A stretch of DNA of 64,000 nucleotides, from positions 1 through 64,000 of the IMG/VR virus record IMGVR_UViG_3300009788_000006. One strand, written 5' to 3'. The stretch is from a virus. This document shows, piece after piece, positions 18,060 to 27,450 of this stretch; the first letter of the stretch is position 1, and every line of letters begins with the position of its first letter. A program made the position numbers and the translations under genes. Below the pieces are notes generated by a model, which ran no database searches, was not told where the DNA came from, and saw only the letters and a list, made by a program, of their open reading frames with translations.

Positions 18060-20209
18060 CAGGATTCTTCGTCGATTGCGATCCGGTAGGCCACGCGATA
18101 CTCATCGCCCGCCACCTTGGCGAACATATCGCGGCCAGTCTCAGACGGGCTCAACCGGCCGTGGATGACCGCCAGCTTCTGTCCAACGATATCGTTCGTT
18201 TTCGAGCCGACCACCACCACTTCAGCGCGACGGGCAGCAAGAGCAAGGACGCGGGCGGCCTCTTGCAACGTCAGCCAGACCGTGAAGCTCAGCTGGCGCC
18301 GCGGGTTCCGCCCCGTTCCTGGCTGGACATCTACGTGGCCCATATCTCGCCCCATCGGGCCGCGGGATCCAGAGACACCCTCGAAGAGGCGCGCCGAGCG
18401 CACGGCGATGAAGCCGTCGGCGGTGGCCGGGTCCCATACCCGGATCTTGAGCTCGTTGACATCGGCGGCGGTGTCATAAGGCACCACCACCTTCTGCCCG
18501 TAGAGCTCCGGCAGAGCCTCGAGCCGGGTCTGGCTGTTGGGGACTTCCTGGTCTGTCAAAAACGTCGAGTCCGTGACTGTGAGGTTGAGCGCCTCGGCGC
18601 CGTGGTCAAGGACTCCGTCTGTGGCATCGGATAGGGTATAAGCGAGACGGATACGTGGGTCGAACTCGTTGGACAGCGGCGCGCCGCTGCATAGCGTTTG
18701 CGCCTCGGCCGTGGTGAGGATGCCGCCGACTACGACGACAGGCCCCATGATGTCTACCCGCGCCTCGTTGAAGTTCGGGCTCTGCGCTCCTAGTAGCAGC
18801 TTGGCGACGGCACTTGCGGCAAATGCCGACAACCCTGTTGCTGTAGCCTCCAGGGTGGTACCGGAGTAGAGTTTTAGCTCGCTATTGCGCTCGTCGATTG
18901 TGATCAGGATCGGGCCGTGCCAGGACCCATCAGCGAAAGTAGAGGTCGAGTTCGCTGTTTTTTGCGTAGATCCGCGTGTTGTGGAGATCTGAAGCTTCCC
19001 TGTTGAGAGTATGGTCAGTGCTATGTCGCGAGTGGCGAACACCGGACCCCAAAGCGCCAACATAGCGCTCTGGGGTGTGGGCGGGAATCGGACGCCACCA
19101 AAGACCATCGAGCAATTTTCCAGGATGTCGGCGGTAGCCGCGGTTACGGCATCTGCGTTTGACCCCTCACCGCCGAAGCTGAGCGCCGTTCGGCGTGCCA
19201 TCGGCCCGAAGACGGGCTCTTCCCACCTTAGCGGGGCGAACGGGTTTCTCCGCTCTACCCAGGCGTTCGGTGCCGTACCGGCGTGATTCCCCGCTGCGTC
19301 AGTCAACGTGGTGGTGCCGGAATCGGCAGCCAGCATTTGCCAGCTCATTTGCAGCCCGTCGAACGGGTGGGCGTCGTGCATATCGTCGATGATGGCGTCG
19401 AGCTCGGCCGCCGTCAACTCGGCGGTCACGAAGAATTGCGGGCCGACTTCCAACGCGGTGTAGGTCGGCGACGTTGCGTTATCGTTTCCGATAGTGATCG
19501 TCTCGGTCGATGTCGAGACGTGCGCCGGGATCGTAGCCGAACCCTCGGACGCGAAGTTGCCGCCAGCGACCCGCACGTACAGATTGCCCGTCGTCGAGCC
19601 GTCACAGGTGATGGCCACAGCGAAGATTTGGCCATGGTCGACGCGGGTGGTGCCGGTAATCGTGGTTGCGGCCGCTCCGTTGTAGCGGTGAAAATTCCCC
19701 GTAACCAAGCCGGTGGCGGTGGCGATGCCGATGTACCAGTCCACCGTCGTATTCGCGAATCCGTCGGTGGCGCCAGAGCCGAACCAGGCCAGGAGTGGAA
19801 TCGCCGAGAGCTTAATCTGGGGACGATAGCGGAAGATGCCGAGGTAGGAAAATGCTGCCGAGGTCGTCAAGTCCGCTGAGCTGACGATATCCGTCGACGA
19901 GCCGTCGAGAAAAACCACATTAAGTTCGGCCGGCGCCCCCGCGTCGCAAGTCAGGACCGTCTCACGGGCAGCATTGGCGAAGTCAACCACCGCGCCCCGG
20001 GCGTTGCGGGCGGCTGAGCTCGTGTTCTTTCTCAGGGCTTGGGTGTTCGCCGCGGCCGCGTCGTTTGTCCGCCAGCCGGCGCCGACTAGGTTGTCAAGCT
20101 CAGTGGCCTCGAAGGTTGCGAGCTCGTCCACCGCTTCCTCGGCGGAGTTCTTATGCCAGGTGCCGCCGGTGTCGTCGGGGTGGGGGCGGTAGAGGAGCTG
20201 CCAGGTCAT
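18059..20209 (-). CDS. tail protein with two LamG/ConA-like domains, Dit-like termini
   Basis: GGAGG RBS at ATG 20209; AVAITCDGSTTGNLYV, ITIGND, DGSWH...LKLY, LLLGA, LTTAEAQTL LamG-type motifs. Confidence 0.7.
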   Translation of the reverse strand: MTWQLLYRPHPDDTGGTWHKNSAEEAVDELATFEATELDNLVGAGWRTNDAAAANTQALRKNTSSAARNARGAVVDFANAARETVLTCDAGAPAELNVVFLDGSSTDIVSSADLTTSAAFSYLGIFRYRPQIKLSAIPLLAWFGSGATDGFANTTVDWYIGIATATGLVTGNFHRYNGAAATTITGTTRVDHGQIFAVAITCDGSTTGNLYVRVAGGNFASEGSATIPAHVSTSTETITIGNDNATSPTYTALEVGPQFFVTAELTAAELDAIIDDMHDAHPFDGLQMSWQMLAADSGTTTLTDAAGNHAGTAPNAWVERRNPFAPLRWEEPVFGPMARRTALSFGGEGSNADAVTAATADILENCSMVFGGVRFPPTPQSAMLALWGPVFATRDIALTILSTGKLQISTTRGSTQKTANSTSTFADGSWHGPILITIDERNSELKLYSGTTLEATATGLSAFAASAVAKLLLGAQSPNFNEARVDIMGPVVVVGGILTTAEAQTLCSGAPLSNEFDPRIRLAYTLSDATDGVLDHGAEALNLTVTDSTFLTDQEVPNSQTRLEALPELYGQKVVVPYDTAADVNELKIRVWDPATADGFIAVRSARLFEGVSGSRGPMGRDMGHVDVQPGTGRNPRRQLSFTVWLTLQEAARVLALAARRAEVVVVGSKTNDIVGQKLAVIHGRLSPSETGRDMFAKVAGDEYRVAYRIAIDEES

Positions 20210-20334
20210 GAGCTCGCCTCCGACTGCACCAACTGAAGTGCGACTATGTGCGCCGCAACAAGCCAGAGCGAGGGCGCTATACACGCCATGATCACGATGC
20301 CGAGCAGTCGGTCGTCGAGGTCGTCATCTCTCAT
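20206..20334 (-). CDS. small membrane peptide (42 aa)
   Basis: MRDDDLDDRLLGIVIMACIAPSLWLVAAHIVAL; ATGA overlaps on both sides; absent from ORF track. Confidence 0.5.
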   Translation of the reverse strand: MRDDDLDDRLLGIVIMACIAPSLWLVAAHIVALQLVQSEASS

Positions 20335-20546
20335 GGCTCAACCCTGTCTGCCGGGACACCGTCGATTGTCAAGACACCGCTTTGCGAGTCAAAGGCCAGG
20401 TGATGAGATGCGCCGTCGTCGGCGCGCATGAAGAACGCAACGCCGTTGCAGACAATCTCAAGGCCGCGGTCCGTCCACTTAGCATCCATGCTGTAATCGT
20501 CTCCGGAGATTGTGACATCGACGATGTTGGGATTGAGGTGGGCCAC
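20331..20546 (-). CDS. hypothetical protein
   Basis: GGGGA RBS plus GTG; protein-like. Confidence 0.5.
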   Translation of the reverse strand: MAHLNPNIVDVTISGDDYSMDAKWTDRGLEIVCNGVAFFMRADDGASHHLAFDSQSGVLTIDGVPADRVEP

Positions 20547-20559
20547 TGGAGTTCCCCCG

Positions 20560-20841
20560 TCAGGCTCCGACTTTCTCAAGGCGCCGAGCTGCTGCCCCCA
20601 GCTCAAGGACGTCTGCCTCAGACGGCTCTTGACTCGGCGCGGCGTCATAGATCTCGCGCGCTCGCGCAAGGATCTCCGGAAGCTCATCGCAGACCTTGGG
20701 CATGTCTATTTCGAGCGTCCGGCCGCGCTGATCCGCCTTCGCGGACCCACCCATCACCATGCTCCTGGCCTCTTTTATGCAGTCAATCCACAGGTCATTG
20801 CTGACTTGTTCTATCTTCGACACTAGTCCCACTTCGTCCAT
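20560..20841 (-). CDS. hypothetical protein
   Basis: AAGGAGG RBS. Confidence 0.65.
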   Translation of the reverse strand: MDEVGLVSKIEQVSNDLWIDCIKEARSMVMGGSAKADQRGRTLEIDMPKVCDELPEILARAREIYDAAPSQEPSEADVLELGAAARRLEKVGA

Positions 20842-21055
20842 CTGACTTCCTCCTTATCTCTGACAACGGCGGGCCGGCGGCACGACGCTTATTTTGAGAG
20901 CAGATCCAGCACGAACACCAGCGACGGACCCCGGCCATAATTCCGACCGTTCTGGGGTTCGCCTCGATCTCCCAGAGCTGACACAGTCTCCGGGCTCGTT
21001 GCTTCGCCCTGTGCCCCTGTTGCCTCTTGTAGGCTAAGCCTCTGCTGGAACTCAC
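20795..21055 (-). CDS. basic phage protein with CSCWIC motif
   Basis: GTGA coupling; CSCxxC motif common in small phage proteins. Confidence 0.6.
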   Translation of the reverse strand: MSSSRGLAYKRQQGHRAKQRARRLCQLWEIEANPRTVGIMAGVRRWCSCWICSQNKRRAAGPPLSEIRRKSDGRSGTSVEDRTSQQ

Positions 21056-21276
21056 GGCGCCACCGCCTCTCCCATCATCCGGCGAGCGGCACGCTCTGCG
21101 GTCGACTTCCGTCGGTACGCGCCAAGCCACCAGCCAGGGGAGCCAGGATCGAAGACCGGGTAAAGATCGTCCCCCGACTCGTCGGACTGGTCTCCGGCTA
21201 CGATGACCGGGGCAGCAAGGACGCGGCGGCGCCATTCAGCATAGCCGGGGCTGCTGAGTTCAGTCCTCGCGCTCAT
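21052..21276 (-). CDS. hypothetical protein
   Basis: GGAG RBS, coupled ORF. Confidence 0.55.
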   Translation of the reverse strand: MSARTELSSPGYAEWRRRVLAAPVIVAGDQSDESGDDLYPVFDPGSPGWWLGAYRRKSTAERAARRMMGEAVAP

Positions 21277-21520
21277 TGGACTCTCCGGCCTCGGACTCGG
21301 GGCAGCGGGTGGTGATCGATGATTTTTGCTCAGTCGTCTCTGACCCCGTTAGGGTCGCTGGCCACCCCAGTTCAGTGCCGCCGATGCTAAGCATTTTCTC
21401 GGGCCAGCCGGGAACTCCGGGAGTACGCGGCGACGTGTTCATTAGCGGCTCTAGTGAGCTGTCGGGCGCTTTGATGCCATCCTTGCGGAGCCTCTCTATG
21501 AGGCGCGGTTTACCATTCAT
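21260..21520 (-). CDS. hypothetical protein
   Basis: GAGG RBS before MNGKPR. Confidence 0.45.
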   Translation of the reverse strand: MNGKPRLIERLRKDGIKAPDSSLEPLMNTSPRTPGVPGWPEKMLSIGGTELGWPATLTGSETTEQKSSITTRCPESEAGESNERED

Positions 21521-21915
21521 AGAGCGGCCTCGCATTTCGCCGAGAAGACATGAATGCGTCGTATTCAAGAATCGCCGGCTCGCGGTTACTGGGCCGTTTC
21601 GCCCACTTCTTGCGGATTCTTCGTCGCTTGGACCGCGGGAAGCGGTTCTGGATCGTGACGGCATGGCTGACGTAGACTTTAGCGCCTAGAAATCCAGCAA
21701 GCTCTAAGCGGTGCGCAACGGCCGGGTGAGCGAAGTAGGTTCTCGGCGGGTCTGGGATCAATCGAAAGCGGACGGTACCGGAGGCCAGCCCGGCGAGATA
21801 GTCAACAGACTCGGCTGGCGAAGGCGTTGCGCACGACGCACTTTGCATCCATGGGCTGACATCTTTGCCGTCGATAGTGAGGCCAGTGATGGGGGCGATG
21901 ATGCTCACGGCAACA
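21510..21915 (-). CDS. hypothetical protein (start uncertain)
   Basis: C-terminal IQNRFPRSKRRRIRKKWAKRP basic motif typical of phage small proteins. Confidence 0.5.
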
Positions 21916-22020
21916 TCTCCCAGAGGAATACGGCGAGTATAGCCAAGGCTAACAGGTCGTGCGGCTCCCAGATAAGGTCGCTCCACCGCTTGCCGATCTC
22001 GGGGGCTCCAGGGCGAACTC

Positions 22021-22461
22021 TCATGGCGCCTCCGATCGTTCGACAAGCACCCGTAGGCCGTCCTCACTACCGTCCTCAAGCTTCCAGGACTCGAAGTCGG
22101 CGAAGATCTCAGGGTCACTGAGGTCGACGCGATGCGTAAGCTTGAGCACCCACCCTGGCAGAGAAGGAAGGTGATGGGCTGTCAGCCCGGGGGTGGAGAT
22201 GCTGACAGCGCCGGCGGCCGCCGCCCTAGCCATCAACTCCGCCGGCCCCCATCCGAACCCCGCCGCGATCGCCATCCCTTGCGCGTGGCTCCATTGCCGG
22301 GCCTTGCCGGGGTCGAGAAGCCGCGGCAGGACCCGCTTGTCGAGCCGGGTGCGGCGCTGGAACTCGTCAATCCCGTGCTCAGCCACCAGCTCGGCGGCTA
22401 GGGCCGAGAGCAGCCGGTGGAGCTCCAGGCGGTACGCGCTGACTTTCTCTCCGTGGCTCAT
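22021..22461 (-). CDS. putative HTH protein, leaderless
   Basis: TGG-TATCAT extended -10 6 nt before ATG; GIDEFQRRTRLDKRVL...IAAGFG HTH-like. Confidence 0.55.
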   Translation of the reverse strand: MSHGEKVSAYRLELHRLLSALAAELVAEHGIDEFQRRTRLDKRVLPRLLDPGKARQWSHAQGMAIAAGFGWGPAELMARAAAAGAVSISTPGLTAHHLPSLPGWVLKLTHRVDLSDPEIFADFESWKLEDGSEDGLRVLVERSEAP

Positions 22462-22476
22462 GTGGGGATGATACCA

Positions 22477-23115
22477 TTATCGGCCGCGTCCTGTCTTGAG
22501 ACTTTGCTCCACAGAGTCCAAGGACCGCTCAAGATCTTCAATCTTGTCGGCGAACGTCCCCCGCTGACGACGCTCCTCGCAGAGCATCAACACTGCCGCG
22601 GCCAAGCTGCGCTCACGAGCTGTGGCGGTCGGGTCAAACTGCGCTTCCCGGCCGAAGGTTTCCGCTAGCTCGGCAGTCTGGTCGAAGTCGAGCGCCCCGC
22701 AGTCACCACCGTCGATCACGTGAGTATGGTGTGTCCGGATCGGGGATCGGTCCATCGGAGCGCCCGAAGTCTCAACATCTGGAGGCGGCGCATCTTTGGT
22801 TTTCAAGCTCCTGCCAATAGGACTCGTAAGCCTCTCGATGATCGCCAGCAGTTCGCTGGTCTCGGCTGATGCACCAACGAAGGCGGTTTTACAGGCGAGA
22901 TTTTCCTCTTCGGTCAGCTGAGCTCGATCATCGTCGTCGCACGGATCTACAGACCACAGCCTTGGGTAGCCGTCGCTTTTGAATCTCCCCATCGGCTCAC
23001 CGGCTTGGAAAGCAGCGTCTCGGGCATCGTAGGCCGCAACGATCACAGAACAAGGCTTTGCATCTACGCTGCGCTTGACGTGCCACTCGACGAGGTATCT
23101 CCTAGCAGCATTCAT
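22477..23115 (-). CDS. hypothetical protein
   Basis: 212-aa ORF coupled by ATGA. Confidence 0.55.
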   Translation of the reverse strand: MNAARRYLVEWHVKRSVDAKPCSVIVAAYDARDAAFQAGEPMGRFKSDGYPRLWSVDPCDDDDRAQLTEEENLACKTAFVGASAETSELLAIIERLTSPIGRSLKTKDAPPPDVETSGAPMDRSPIRTHHTHVIDGGDCGALDFDQTAELAETFGREAQFDPTATARERSLAAAVLMLCEERRQRGTFADKIEDLERSLDSVEQSLKTGRGR

Positions 23116-23345
23116 TCCAGCGTCTCCGCAATCGCCGCCGCCGTCTCGTCGTCGATCACTCCATCATCGCGCAACCGCACCAACTCGCGGAGCATGTCGG
23201 CCTTCGCAAGCAATAGGCCCAGGTCCGGTCCTTCGTCGTGCGTCGGGAAGATCCTGACTAGAAGCCACGCCACAGCGAAGGCGCCAACGATCAGAACGAC
23301 TATCGCCACCTCGCTGACGGCAACCACTTTCCACAGGTCAGCCAT
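23112..23345 (-). CDS. TM protein with SHOCT-like C-terminus
   Basis: N-terminal TM; LRELVRLRDDGVIDDE. Confidence 0.65.
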   Translation of the reverse strand: MADLWKVVAVSEVAIVVLIVGAFAVAWLLVRIFPTHDEGPDLGLLLAKADMLRELVRLRDDGVIDDETAAAIAETLE

Positions 23346-23363
23346 CCCGCCTCTCTCTATCCT

Positions 23364-23684
23364 TCATTTCCCCCTCCTTCGCATCGCCAGCCTTCGCTCT
23401 CGTCCGAAGCTCCGCAGCCTCATGTGCTCCAGATAGGCGTCATCCACCGCCCCTATCGGCCACGTCAGGGCAGCCCAGAATAGCAGAGCGCGAAGCTTGA
23501 TTTGGAGCTTGGCCCGCTGCCACCATGACAGCTTCGGGACGTAGAGCTCTAGGGAGAAGGTTGCGGGCGACGTGACCCCGGCAGAATCTACAACCAGGCG
23601 AACCCACTGCGGCGGAGGAGCGTTGGTTGGTGAACCCGGCGCGGCCGGCGTAACTATCGTTCGGGTCACGGTTCGGGAGGTCAC
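23364..23684 (-). CDS. hypothetical membrane-associated protein
   Basis: GTGA coupling; hydrophobic segment. Confidence 0.5.
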   Translation of the reverse strand: MTSRTVTRTIVTPAAPGSPTNAPPPQWVRLVVDSAGVTSPATFSLELYVPKLSWWQRAKLQIKLRALLFWAALTWPIGAVDDAYLEHMRLRSFGRERRLAMRRRGK

Positions 23685-23881
23685 TGCCGCGCCCCCTTGC
23701 GGATCTTAGCGGGTTGCCAGAATACGCAATCGCGGACACCTGGGATCGAGGTCCCTCTCGCCTCTACAGCCTCATCGCTGACACACCACCAGCTCACCGC
23801 CGCCTGTAGATGGCAACAGTCCGCGCAACAGCGGCGACCAGCGTCGGGGTTCTCTCCGCAAGAGAGTACGTTCTCAATCAT
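23681..23881 (-). CDS. Cys-rich small protein
   Basis: CCADCCH...WWC...CVFW. Confidence 0.6.
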   Translation of the reverse strand: MIENVLSCGENPDAGRRCCADCCHLQAAVSWWCVSDEAVEARGTSIPGVRDCVFWQPAKIRKGARQ

Positions 23882-23955
23882 GGCGGCGCGTCCGTCAGGG
23901 GCTGCATTATGTCTCGAAGGTCGGTCACTGCCACTCCCCCGTGTCACCGTTCGCC

Positions 23956-24183
23956 TCATCTGCACCAAGGCCGTTCGCGGCAGCCGCCTTCATCATTTCC
24001 ATGATGTCTCCAGAGGCAATCGCTCTCTCGGTTTGCCTGATCAACCCCTTGGTGATCGCCTTTGTCTACGTCTAGGCCAGCACCAGACCCCGGCAAAATC
24101 TTTGCCGTCTCTTCTATCTCGCGGATGAACTGACGCGATTCCTCGTTGGCTTTCAGAAGCCCTTCGACAAGATTCATTCCCAT
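23956..24183 (-). CDS. hypothetical protein
   Basis: AGGAG RBS; overlaps stop of upstream gene. Confidence 0.5.
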   Translation of the reverse strand: MGMNLVEGLLKANEESRQFIREIEETAKILPGSGAGLDVDKGDHQGVDQANRESDCLWRHHGNDEGGCRERPWCR

Positions 24184-26015
24184 TCTCCTGTGTCGCCAGT
24201 CTCAAACCCGCTTTCGAATATCAAGCCCTCATCCGGCGGCGCCACATGCTCCGGCATCCGGTGCCCGTCGAGCACCCCGAACGCCGCGCGGTAGAAGATA
24301 TCCCCGACGAAGCTCCCGCGGTGAGGGAGGACGTTGCGTGTGCCGAGATCGTTTGCCGGGTACATGTAGCCCCAGTAGTCGACCTGCTGGCCGCTGCACG
24401 GGTCCGTGAACGTTTCGCCCCTCGGTAGCATGGTGATCGTCGGGGCTTGCGAGACGTCGAAGAAGCGCTCGCGGTAACCTCCTGCCAGCCGGCCGGCGCC
24501 GGCGAAGGTGGTGGCGGGCGCGTAGTACACCCATCCCTCACCGTAGGACAGATAGTCTTTGGTCGCGAACGGGGTTCCGGAAACGTCGAAGCTGCCGATC
24601 TGCAATCCTCCGGCGCTGAAGTCGTAGACTTTGACGGTCCGCGTCGGACCCTGGGCGATCACCATCGCGCCCCACAGGCTGACGCCGTCCGACCACAGCG
24701 TGACCCCGCGGGCGGGCTCGGTGGTGCTCCAGATCAGCTCACTGCTGGTCGGGTCTTCGAGGTTGACGCGCCAGAGCTCGGCGGAAAAGCTGGTGCCGGC
24801 GAGCAAGTAGATGGCGCCACCGTGGACCGCGGCGCGGCTGTAGATAGTCGCCTCCAGCGAAGCGAGCTCCCAAAGGACCGCGGCGATGCGGTGACGGGTT
24901 CCGGCCGCCTCGGCGACCTTCCCCTGAGCTTCCTGCGTGGCAACGAGCCATCTCAATATCTCGACGGGTTCCTCAAGTTCTGCGGCTCGGAAAACAGCGA
25001 ACGGGTCGGACGTTCCGCCATCTTCCGAGTCTACATCCGGCGACCCACTTCTGCGTCCGTCGTCTCGAACTCGTAGGGGCTCACTGCGCATCACCTCCTG
25101 TTGTGCGGTCAACGAACTCACTACTGCGAAGGATTCCCCGTCCCCGATCTCGCCCAGCCGCACCCCGCAAGAGCCTGTATAACTTCCGGGGTGTCGCTCC
25201 GGAAGCAGCTGGGCATTTTCAGCTAATTCTGTCAAGTTATCGTCCAGGCACGGCGCCGGCAGCGCCAATGCTGCGTCCGCGTCGTAGACGTGGCAGCCCA
25301 GCACGCCACAGGCGACGGCGTACCGGCCGCCGAGCTCGACCAGGTCCACGGCTGTCGACCGGCTGGCGACGTCCTGGTAGAGGATGCGCAGCCGCTCATC
25401 GGCCGCTGGTGCTTCGAGGCGCCAGAGGGACGCGCCGACGGTGGAACGGCCGGAGGCGGCGATCACGGCTTCGCCAGAGGGCAGATACACGGCTTCGGCT
25501 TCGTCTAGGTAGAATGCGTTTTCGCCATACTCGGGAAAAGCAAGCCAGCATCCGTCTTGCCCCGACTCCTGGCAGATGTTATCCCACCCGGTGGCGTTCC
25601 GAAGTGGCACCGGCCGCCCCTCGATTAGATCGGTTCGCCACACCCCGATCGTGGCGTTTCTCGTGACGATGCATCTCGCGGACGACGGACAAGTAACAGC
25701 CTCGAATAGATCTTCGCGAGTCGTCGAGACCCACTGCGAACGATCTCTCGCCGCCGGCAAAGGCGGGCACTGCGCCCCGGAGCAAAAATCCATAGGTTGA
25801 AACTGAGTCCACAAATCCGCCCCGAGGTGGTGATTCGGCGCCGGCCGCGCCGGGCTGTTGTCGCCACACACTACGCTACTGCTCAGCGGTGCAGTCGCCG
25901 CAGCCCTTCGCAAGTCGCAGGGGCCTTCGTCGAATCCGAGACAGCACCCGGTCAGCACGAGCGCGGTGGCAATGGTCGCTATTCGTCCGACACCTTGCGC
26001 TCCGGCATGCGTCAC
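24174..26015 (-). CDS. large lipoprotein, beta-propeller-like, with C-terminal IFESGFETGD motif
   Basis: GTG 26015 (GTGA overlap, GGAGG RBS); lipobox ALVLTG-C; ends GLIFESGFETGDTGEWE. Confidence 0.7.
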   Translation of the reverse strand: MTHAGAQGVGRIATIATALVLTGCCLGFDEGPCDLRRAAATAPLSSSVVCGDNSPARPAPNHHLGADLWTQFQPMDFCSGAQCPPLPAARDRSQWVSTTREDLFEAVTCPSSARCIVTRNATIGVWRTDLIEGRPVPLRNATGWDNICQESGQDGCWLAFPEYGENAFYLDEAEAVYLPSGEAVIAASGRSTVGASLWRLEAPAADERLRILYQDVASRSTAVDLVELGGRYAVACGVLGCHVYDADAALALPAPCLDDNLTELAENAQLLPERHPGSYTGSCGVRLGEIGDGESFAVVSSLTAQQEVMRSEPLRVRDDGRRSGSPDVDSEDGGTSDPFAVFRAAELEEPVEILRWLVATQEAQGKVAEAAGTRHRIAAVLWELASLEATIYSRAAVHGGAIYLLAGTSFSAELWRVNLEDPTSSELIWSTTEPARGVTLWSDGVSLWGAMVIAQGPTRTVKVYDFSAGGLQIGSFDVSGTPFATKDYLSYGEGWVYYAPATTFAGAGRLAGGYRERFFDVSQAPTITMLPRGETFTDPCSGQQVDYWGYMYPANDLGTRNVLPHRGSFVGDIFYRAAFGVLDGHRMPEHVAPPDEGLIFESGFETGDTGEWE

Positions 26016-26212
26016 GTGTTGGCCTCCGATCTGCGCAACCCCTGCGCCTTCCGCCGAAGATTCTGAATCGGCATCCATATGCGGGTCCGCCCGTTGGTCA
26101 GGCAGCCAGGCTCAAGCTGAGGGAATTCCTTGAAAATCCCCGCGCGCTCCTGGCGCTCTTTTTTACCCCTTGCGGTCGCCTCTTCTCTAAGTTGGCACAG
26201 TTTCTTTTTCAC
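26012..26212 (-). CDS. small basic protein
   Basis: GAGG RBS plus GTG; coupled to lipoprotein gene. Confidence 0.5.
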   Translation of the reverse strand: MKKKLCQLREEATARGKKERQERAGIFKEFPQLEPGCLTNGRTRIWMPIQNLRRKAQGLRRSEANT

Positions 26213-26225
26213 GTGTTGGCCTCAT

Positions 26226-26436
26226 TTAGTCAGGCACCTTGCTGCCGTGCTCTCGCTGCCACTGTTCCATTGTGACCGCAAGCCCAGAAGCCTCGCTGAG
26301 CTTGCCCATCTTGACCCCGTGGGTCCTCGCAAAAGCTACCCACGTCTTGACCAGCGCCGGCGCGAGAATGTCTCGGGCGCGGAGTATGAAGACCGGCTCT
26401 GAATCCTGTGTTTTGTTCCAGGTCGATCTTCTTCAT
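26226..26436 (-). pseudogene. frameshifted phage gene (EPVFILRARD family)
   Basis: MKKID in one frame; STWNKTQDSEPVFILRARDILAP...KVPD* in the +1 frame with no start codon of its own. Confidence 0.55.
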
Positions 26437-26483
26437 CGCCGTAGACACTTCGAACACGTAACCGCCGCCGGGTCTGTAGTCGT

Positions 26484-26945
26484 TCATTCTCCAGCCCCTT
26501 CGGCCCGCGCTTCTTTTGGCCCTTTTTCGTCGACGGGCTCGATCCTGTTGGGCGAGTTGTCGATACAGATGGCGCGGGAAGTCTCGATGCATCGATCGCA
26601 GATGCAAACAGGGTCAGCCATGACAAGAAAAGTAGCCTGGCTCCGTTGGCGGTGACAGAATGAGCAATTATAGAGAGGCTTCTTGATCATCTGGTTATGG
26701 GCGTACGCTGCCCGGCGTAGCACGGCCTCGGCCTTGTAGTTCGGCAACCCGTCGTCGTCGAGTTCCTCGCGAGGATAGACGGCACAGAAGCAACTCCCGT
26801 CCCTGCTCCTTATCGCAGTGCGCCACCACTTGCCGTCCCAAAGCTCCCGCTCGACTCTCCACGGGCCGAGGCCGATGCCCGGGTATTTATCCGGGGCAGC
26901 CTGCGGCGGCAGGTCTTCTTTCGTAATCTCAGGCGGCTTGCTCAT
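26484..26945 (-). CDS. protein with ClpX C4-type zinc finger
   Basis: CSFCHRQRSQ...LV...VCICDRCI. Confidence 0.75.
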   Translation of the reverse strand: MSKPPEITKEDLPPQAAPDKYPGIGLGPWRVERELWDGKWWRTAIRSRDGSCFCAVYPREELDDDGLPNYKAEAVLRRAAYAHNQMIKKPLYNCSFCHRQRSQATFLVMADPVCICDRCIETSRAICIDNSPNRIEPVDEKGPKEARAEGAGE

Positions 26946-27130
26946 GCGCTCATTCTCCTATAGTTGGCCTGCCGTGTTGCCGGGGCGACCGTTGCCCTTT
27001 TGACTTCGTCGAGCACAGAAACCACCATCAGATGGGCATCCGCTCCCTGCTGCGTTGGCGCCACAGCCGCCGAGAGCACGTGATCATCTCGGATCTTGGC
27101 CAGACGTAGCCGCAGGCTTTCGACGGTCAT
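26942..27130 (-). CDS. hypothetical protein
   Basis: MTVESLRLRL ORF with ATGA coupling on both sides. Confidence 0.5.
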   Translation of the reverse strand: MTVESLRLRLAKIRDDHVLSAAVAPTQQGADAHLMVVSVLDEVKRATVAPATRQANYRRMSA

Positions 27131-27450
27131 GGTACCTTGCTTTCGTGCTCTCGCCGCTCGAAGCACCTCCACCCGCCGCACCACCACGGCTCATCCCGCG
27201 GCGTCCGCATACAGGCCAGCTGGCCGCGCTCCCAGCGGTGAGCCACGCAGGTGATGAGGCGCCCGTCGATTTCAGCAGACATCTCCGTGCCTGCTGCGCC
27301 CCGAGCCCATCCGCCGATTTCCTGGATGCCGATTGTCGGCTCCATGTCGCTGTCGAGGACGGCGAGCCGCAGCACCTGACTGGAGCAGCTAGCGAACAAA
27401 AGGCCGAGGAGGCCAAAAACAACGATACTCCTCCGGGCCTCGTCCATCAC
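27127..27450 (-). CDS. putative lipoprotein
   Basis: hydrophobic leader ending LLFAS-C. Confidence 0.55.
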   Translation of the reverse strand: MMDEARRSIVVFGLLGLLFASCSSQVLRLAVLDSDMEPTIGIQEIGGWARGAAGTEMSAEIDGRLITCVAHRWERGQLACMRTPRDEPWWCGGWRCFERREHESKVP

